A DNA stretch of 63,745 bases, the filler included, from Basidioascus undulatus (Eukaryota): assembly GCA_000826855.1 (NCBI GenBank). It is 5 parts of 5 records of this genome, joined end to end, with 100 filler letters (N's around TTAATTAATTAA, not from the genome) between each part and the next. Parts side by side here need not be neighbours in the genome. Positions count along the whole stretch, not along the records: positions 51,124 to 63,745 come from JTLS01000887.1; 4 more parts are not named here. One strand, written 5' to 3'. Each line of letters begins with the position of its first letter. The first letter of the stretch is position 1. Positions 56,925-63,745 of the stretch are shown here, one piece after another. Both the position numbers and the translations under genes were made by a program. The notes beneath the pieces were generated by a model. It saw nothing but the letters and a program-made list of their open reading frames with translations. It did no database searches and was not told the origin of the DNA.

Positions 56925-57534
56925 GGGTTGTAAAATAAATCTGTTACATCTTTCTTCGCTTTGTGGGTGCTTCACGACTTTGATTCTGTAGCGAGTTTAC
57001 GAGGTGTTGCTTGCATCCGATACACCCAGCATTGTGTCTTGCCACATTGCGTGTGCGCCAGGGGACGGCGGTGGGGAGAGGGGAGAGGGAGGTGAGGGTG
57101 TGCGGAGCAACCCCGCGCATGAGAGGTAGGAGCAGAGGGACTGGAGAGAGGTGGAATATGTGGGTGGGAAGGAGCAAGGAGTGTGCGGTTCAGTCGACCG
57201 CTGGTGCTTTCGCGGAGGGCAGTGTACGAGGCACCAAGGCACCACAGCTTCGCGCATTTTCTGCAACCCTGTATTCATACGAAACTTTGTCGAGTAGTTT
57301 GGGGGAGTTCTCGTGGAATACGCGAGAGAACGGCGGTGTCGCGTGATGCAATGACGGTCGGCGCTGTGGGAGGCAGTCGAGATGGTAGCGCTATCCTCCC
57401 AAAAAACGACGTCATCTGAAGGCAGCATCTCAAAACCCCTTGGAAGGGCTGAGCCTCTTCTCTCATCAAATCCATCCGCACGAATCGCACGTAACAACAA
57501 TTGCAACACTACATTTTCTGAACGAGAAGCCATA

Positions 57535-58557
57535 ATGTCCGCCCCCAACGAGTGAGTCGGTCCCTTAGCTGTCGAAGAGCATCCAGAGCACTGTGTGCTG
57601 AGAGTACCGGTCGTCCCGCGTAGCCCGTGTGCTCCTTGAACAGTCAATTGCTCCATCTCACGATCCACTGAACTATATACTCGTTACAGGTACACCGCCA
57701 AGGTCGACAAGACCCAGGAGCTCTCCCCGCAGCAGAAGCTCGAGGGGCTAGAGGAGATCCTCCGCGCTGTCAAGACCTCGCTCCTGACGTCCCGGGATCC
57801 CAACAACGGTGCGCACAGTGTCTAGCCTGGGTATGGAACTGTAAGCTGAGGAGTCCCTGTTTTGGGCTGTTTGTAGGCCAGCTGCATGCGCGCGCCATGG
57901 CGCCGGCGTCGCACGAGAAGCTCAAGTTCGCCTTCATCGCGAACAAGGACTCTGGGAAGCTTGACGAGCGTAAGTGCCTCGTACCATCATGCCTTTGCCA
58001 GAACTGAAGTACTAAATACACATCCTGTTCCTGCAGTCCAACATGACCCGTACAACGGTTCACCTTCTCTCGTGCGCTCACGTTTAGCTGACACAATGGC
58101 TTTCTTTTGATAGGAACGTGAACATCTCGTACTACAACCACGACACAACCGACTGGGCGTCCATCGCCGGCAAGGCGAAAATCACGCAAGACCAGGAGCG
58201 CATCGCGCAGCTGTGGAACCCTGGATTGAAGGCGTGGTTTGGGGACATTTCCAAAGAGACCGGAGACGAGACCAAGACGGGCGACCGTACCGACCCTCGT
58301 ACGTTTCCCTCTTCGGCACTGTTTCTGTTTTCAACTCGTTCCTGACGGCAGGAGAAGGGCGGCGAACAATAGGTGTCATCGTCATCGAGGTCGTCCCTGA
58401 ATCCATTCGCTACTGGAAGGCGAAGACGGGGAAGCTCGGGCAGCTCGCGGACGTCGTCAAGGGCGCTGTGACCGGCAACGTCGCCGCGCCGGGTAACCTC
58501 GTCGAGATCACCAACGGTGAGATCCAGCTCGTGCACGGTCTCGGGTCGAAGGCTTGA
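57535..58557 (+). CDS. bli-3: BLI-3 / general stress protein 26-like pyridoxamine-5'-phosphate-oxidase-fold protein
   Basis: MSAPNE|YTAK..KLEGL..SLLTSR..|GQLHARAMAP..FIANKDSGKLDE..NVNISYY..DWASIAG..LWNPGLKAWFGD..GDRTDPR|..IEVVPESIRYW..GAVTGNVAAPG. Confidence 0.88.
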
Positions 58558-58861
58558 GCTGTGGGAAGGGGGAAAGAAGAAGGGACTAGTCGATTCAATG
58601 AACAATGATAATGATGAAGCTGTGTAGTCTTCGCGTGAACAAACTTTAGCTGCGAGTTGTGTCTTGCTGTGTTTTTGGCATGTTATGATGCCGCGTTGCC
58701 TGTTACTTCGGAACACTGCCTCAGGCGTGTGAGCTCGGCTCGGCGTCTGGCCATTCAACAAAGCGATTCCACAATGAGGCGACGGAAATGTTCGAGGGTT
58801 GGTGTGCGCATGCGCCCTATGGCAAGTTGAAGGAAATGTCAAAAAAAGAAAAAAGGGTCAA

Positions 58862-58916
58862 ACCAATCGAGCAATCGAGCAACCAAGCAACCAAGCAATC
58901 AAGCAACCGATCAACC
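58862..58916. repeat. Imperfect 8-bp tandem repeat (CAAYCRAG-like unit, about 6 copies)
   Basis: accaatcgagcaatcgagcaaccaagcaaccaagcaatcaagcaaccgatcaacc. Confidence 0.7.
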
Positions 58917-59331
58917 AGCCTTCCACAGCCGCAGCACCTCAACCCCCTTCACGGTCAAAAAACGTCGTACGGCTCTAGCTCTTCCTCCAACTCGCCCACG
59001 CCGTCCAAGTAGTCCGTAGGAACGAACGCGCCCGGCTAGATGTCCTTCGAGCAACCTTCGCAGCCTGCTGGATGTCGTCGCGGTGCTTGTCCAGCGCCGG
59101 ACCCGCCGCCATCGCACGGAAGCCGACAGAGTCGCGAACGCGTCGTTGCCTGGCAAGGAATCCAAGTTCAGTATAGAGTGACTGGTCTGGACGAGAAGGG
59201 CAGCAAGACATACCGGCATTGTGGAGGAACCGAGCCTCGACGTGAGCGTGCGGCACATCTTGCTCAGCTTCGTGCCCGTCCCTGGCAGAGCTTGGTTCGA
59301 ATCCCCGGCGTACGGTAGAGCCGATCGACAT
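58911..59331 (-). pseudogene. Possible degenerate gene fragment of unknown family
   Basis: A gtatgt..ccag intron and protein-like pieces in shifting frames (AMAAGPALDKHRDDIQQAAKV / KDI*PGAFVPTDYLDGVGELEEELEPYDVF / TVKGVEVLRLWKAG*). Confidence 0.3.
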
Positions 59332-60414
59332 GATCAGACGGTGATGCGGCTGCGCTGCGAAGAAACATGCGTAACAGCGTGAGCACACAAAGCGTTGACA
59401 ATACCAAACGTGGCGTTCGAGAAGCAGCATGATCGACAGCGCTGAGCGCATTTGCGACTGAGAGCAGCTTTACAAGCTGGCAGAAGCGCTCGAAGGCGAG
59501 GGGTCAGTAAGGCGTACTCAGCAGACTCACGAGTGAAAGGCGCGATCGATCAAGTCCGATTAGATGAGTTCAACAAGCAAGCTCAGGGTGCTCATGAGCG
59601 GACGGTAAGCAATGATATGGGAAGAGTCTCGGTTCTACTCTCGACGATTGCCGGAGTGGTGATGGGAGGAAGGAAGGAAGGAAAGGAGGGTGCAAGGCGA
59701 ACTTCCCTCCCCCGCATTTCTGCCCAAGGATTTCCCTGTGAGCGATACGCAATGCCCATTCAAACACCGTCATGCTACTGGACCTCTTCGCTGCTGCGTA
59801 TCACCGGAGTTTAAGTAAGAACAGATTGATATCTTAAAGCGCTTGTTCGACAGGCCTAGTTGCCTGAGCTAAGGGGACTTCAAGAGCACACCTGGACCCT
59901 TCCTTTCAAGAACTCCCATTTCGAAACAGCACTTGAACAGCATCTCGCGCCAGTCTCACAAGATGAGCTCATACAGGCAATTGAATTGTAAACACTTTAC
60001 CTTAAAAGCCTCTTTGGTAAGCGGTGTCAGGCTGAAAGGGCATCTCGTGACAGAGAACGCAGCTTCCAGCTCAATGCGGTCCGCTGTGCCGTTTGCCCAC
60101 TTGCGCTGGAAATACAGAAGACAAGGGGCCTTCAAAGCTCTTTGAATGCTGAAGGGGAACTTATAGTTAGCCAGTTGATTCGAAGGAGAAAAGACATGGA
60201 TGATCCGACTAGCAGTGAAACAGGCAGCAGGCAAGGCGACAGCGCTGTATTCTTCCCTTTCATCGCTTTCAAGCCATTTCTGGTCATGCTGTTCGCATTC
60301 CTTCGTGGTTCTCCCCTTCTCTCTTTTTGCTTTTCACAATCATAATATCGTCTTCGTCCGGAGCAGTTCTGCCTTTCCACCACTCCCACCTCACACACTA
60401 CGTGCACAACCACC

Positions 60415-60832
60415 ATGAAATTCTTCGCCGTCATCGTCTCTCTTCTTCTTGCCTTCCTCGCTGTGGGCATCGCGACGCCACTGGTCGAGGCCTTATTTTG
60501 AGGGTATATCTCTGACTGTTCTGTTTGTTCAGCGCGAGATGCCGAATGCGATGCCTTGCATGCTGCAGTCCCTCACATGCGCCTCACCCGACGGCGGCGT
60601 TTACTACATCGACTTGTCGACTGTGGCCAACCTGAACGACGTACCCACTTTGTGCGAGGATTTCACCAAACTCGCCCAAGCGCAGAACGGAACAGCGACG
60701 GCTGGCGCGATGGCGATCGTGACGTTGGCCGCGACAGCGATAGCGACGAACGGAGGGGCGAGGGGAGCTGTTGGATTTGGGTCTGCTTGGGTATTGCTGA
60801 CGGCGGGTGGGCTGTGCGCAGCGTTGGCATAG
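60415..60832 (+). CDS. Small secreted, probably GPI-anchored protein (2 exons)
   Basis: Signal peptide MKFFAVIVSLLLAFLAVGIA in a good cacc-ATG context; intron 60484-60532 with a weak gtcgag donor, ctgac branch and cag acceptor; Cys-containing core; C-terminal NGGAR followed by a hydrophobic tail. Confidence 0.6.
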
Positions 60833-61039
60833 GACATTTCGGTTATTTGTTTTATGGGTTCAGTGTTACCTGTCGATGTGTGGTGTGTAAGAATGGCGAA
60901 AATTTGACGTAACGAGACGCTGCGACTACCAACCTGTCGTTTCGGCCTATCCAAATGGTCGGCGGACGGCTGACACAAATACACAGCAGCACGTCCAAGC
61001 GTTCAAAGTATGTAAAGGACAACAATGCAATGGCGAAGT

Positions 61040-63745
61040 CTACAAGTCCACGTCCATCACTTCTCCGCCGAACAGCCCGTCCATCTGATGCATGAAGAAG
61101 GCGTCAGCTGTGGATCCTGTGGACATCATGCGATCCTGCAGAAGAGGTACCTCATCCAAGATGTAGTCGACGACGAAGCTCTCCATGACCGTCCTGTCCG
61201 CCCGGGCAAAGTGCCTCTCCGTGTACGGCACGAGCGCGTCGACGATGTCCCTCAATCCGACGTCCTCGCCCTTTCTCCGCTTCTGCGCGCTGCCGTCGCC
61301 CTCGAGCGTATGGGGGACGAACTCGCCCGTGACCCTGTCCTTGCCCTCCTCGCCGAGCGGGCCCTCGCGCTCCGCGTCCTCGTCCCGCTTGGCGCTCTCG
61401 AACGCGCGCCGGATGTCCTCCGCGGACTGCAGCTTCAGCAACGCGTGCAGCACGCGCTGCGCGAGCGCCGCGGTCCGCGCGGAGGCATTCCAGGTGCGCA
61501 CGTGCGTCATGAGCGTGCGGAGCTGCCGCGAGGAGAGGCCCTTGAGGACGAGGTCGACCGCAGGGTGGCCCGTGATGGAGGTGTTGGAAGGAGAGGGATC
61601 ACGCTCCGAGTGCACAGTCATGAAGAGCGTGAGGAGCCGGCGCGGCTGGTCCATCTTTAGCGCGAGGAGAATCGCTGACTTGTAGTCTTTGAGCTGGACG
61701 AAGTTCAGGAAGTCTTGCTCGCTGTGTGGCCACGGTATGAGCGAGGCGGACGAAGACTTCGGAGTCAAGCAAGACGGACCGCATGATGTCTTCCTCCTTC
61801 TTCTCGAGCTTCTCGCGCTGCTCGTCATCGGTACGGTCCTCCCAGAACGTGAGGAGGCTGTCCGCACCGCCAGAGACGACACTGTTGTCGTCAGGGCTGA
61901 CGGCGAGCGCCCAGACCTTCACGATTAAAACAAGCCCGTGAGTAATTGAGCTGTCAGGGCGATTCCGTACATGACGCGGCTGACCTTGTCCTCGTGGCCG
62001 TCGAGCGTCGCCCTGCACTCCTCGGACCGGATGTCCCAGAGCTTGACGAGACCGTCGGACGCAGCCGAGACGAGCTGCTGCCCGGCCGAAAGGAAGTCGA
62101 CGCGGAGGATGGAGTTGGTGTGACCCTCGAACGTCTGCAGGCACCGCCCATCATCCCGTCAGCGCCCCACCCCATCCTGCTTCAATCACCGGAAAACGGC
62201 ACCTTGAGACACGAGAAGTCGTTCAAGCTCCAGATCTTGATCGAGCGATCGCCGCTGCCAGTCGCGACGACGCGCTCGTGGCTCGAGAAGCGCACGCTCC
62301 ACACGCCCCTGCGGTGGCCCTTGAGCGTGCCGACGAGCTTGAGCGCGGCCTGCCCGCCCTCGACCGCGACCTCGAAGATCTTGGCCGTCTTGTCCTGGCT
62401 CGCGGACGCGAGCAGGCGGTCGTTCGGGGAGAGGTCCAGCGCGTTGATGTCCTTGTCGTGGATCTTCTGCGTGACTAGCGAGCGGATCGCGACGGGCTCG
62501 TCGTCCTCGTTGACGGACAGCGCGGAGGACAGGTCCCAGACTTTGACCGTCTTATCCTGGCTAGCGGAAACGGCGAACGCCCCGCTTCGCCGGGCGAGAA
62601 CGACCGCCCCGACGGCCTCGGCGTGGCCAGTTCCGAGCGCGACGCAGCGCCAGGACGGTCCGCGCCAGAGGCGAACCGACCGATCCTTGCTTCCACTCAG
62701 CAGGAGGTTCTTCTCCGGCGAGCCCGAAAGAGCGAGGACGGTCTCGGTGTGGCCGGTGAGGATGCGGTCGGCGAACGGCAGGCCGGAGCGCGTGAGAAGC
62801 GGGATGGAGGGGGAGTTGGTGGCGAGCGCGACGAGCGCCGGGGAGAGGAAGATGGTGTCGATGATCTCGTCGGCGTAGCCGATGATCTGGCGCGGTGGGG
62901 AGGACGGGTCGAAGAGGCAGTGGAAGGAGAGTGTTTGGTCGGCGTGGACAGCGATGAGAGAGGTGGCGGTGCGGCTGCGTGGGCTGGTCAGCCACAGAGG
63001 CTAGCAACTTCAAGTACGGACTGCGCGCAGACTTACAGAACGTCAAGCACGCCGCCCTCCGCCTCCTCCTCTTCGTCAGATACCAATGCCTTGCCGCCCA
63101 GATCCCGCACCACCTCCTCGCTCTCCAGATCCCAGATCCTCAAACCTCCCTCCCCAGCGGTCCAGAGCTGCTCCGCCTTGTCATCGGTGAAGCCCACGCC
63201 CTCGAGGACGTCGAGCGTCGGAATCGTCTTCCGGAGCTTGGGCGCGCTCGACCCCTTCTTGCTCGTCGGCGCCGGCTCGAGGTCCCAGACCAGGACGACA
63301 CGGTCGCGGCCGGCAGACAGCAGCGTCTTGCCATCCGACGTGACGGCGAGGCCGCGCACGACCGAGACATGGCCTTGAAGTACCGCGCGCGGCTTCGGGC
63401 CCGCCTTCCCGACACCAGCGGCTCCAGCCGCAGTGGCCTTGAGGTCCCAGATCCTGATCTGTGCGTCTGCCGAGCCGGTGACTAGCTCGAGCGCGCCGCC
63501 CTGAGTCCGCCAGGCGAGAGCGCTCACGGGCCCGCCGTGGCCGCGGAAGACGTGCGTCACGTAGCCGCGGCGGATGTCCCAGACCTTGACGACACCGTCG
63601 GCAGAGCCGGAGGCGAGGAAAGAGGATGAGGTGTCGGGGAGGGAGAGGAGGACGGGCGCGTCGTGCGCCTTGGGCGTGACGCGAGAGGGGGTGAAGAAGG
63701 GGGAGGAAGAGGGGACCCAGAAGGAAGGAAGGGGAAGAGAGAGGG
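61040..63745 (-). CDS. UTP13: U3 snoRNA-associated WD40 protein Utp13 (TBL3), 5'-truncated
   Basis: WD repeats (THVFRGHGG, LQGHVSVVRGL, IIGYADEIID, ILTGHTETV, IHDKDINAL, LKGHRRGVWSV) and the Utp13 C-terminal domain EQDFLN..DYKSAILLAL.MDQPRRL..WNASAR..AQRVL..ALVPYTERHF. Confidence 0.95.

Noticed and set aside
58862..58916. Short repeats as a CRISPR-like array
   Set aside because: They are 8-bp tandem units without spacers, in a eukaryotic context.
63640..63745. G/A-rich tracts at contig ends as telomeric or functional G4 elements
   Set aside because: They are low-complexity coding or intronic sequence where short-read assembly typically breaks, and there is no telomere unit.

Overview
GC-rich, very intron-dense fungal DNA, most likely from a basidiomycete yeast (probably Pucciniomycotina). 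The window is not one locus. It is five ~12.6-12.7 kb contigs joined by artificial 100-nt N44-TTAATTAATTAA-N44 spacers, apparently sorted by size. Intact or edge-truncated housekeeping genes are SEN1, a Fus1-like TM-SH3 protein, Hook, a MATH/BTB protein, a GNAT, an NAD(P)-binding SDR, KRE6/SKN1 (~34 introns), MEU1/MTAP, an ABCC transporter, DPH4, a kinase 3' end, a CLIP-170-like protein, BLI-3, a small GPI-type protein and UTP13. There are two identical tRNA-Val(AAC) genes with an unusual A54. Between these lie many decaying intron-containing genes: a GRE2-like reductase, a copper amine oxidase, an AA16 LPMO-like gene with an Ala/Lys-rich tail, an F-box gene, an SPP-like gene, an inverted ABCC paralog remnant and an amino-acid permease. 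The best leads are the AA16 fusion, a DPH4 with no usable AUG, the A54 tRNA-Val and the high pseudogene load. I see no convincing multi-gene novel system. Family calls come from recognising motifs by eye, not from database searches, and exon boundaries were read manually.
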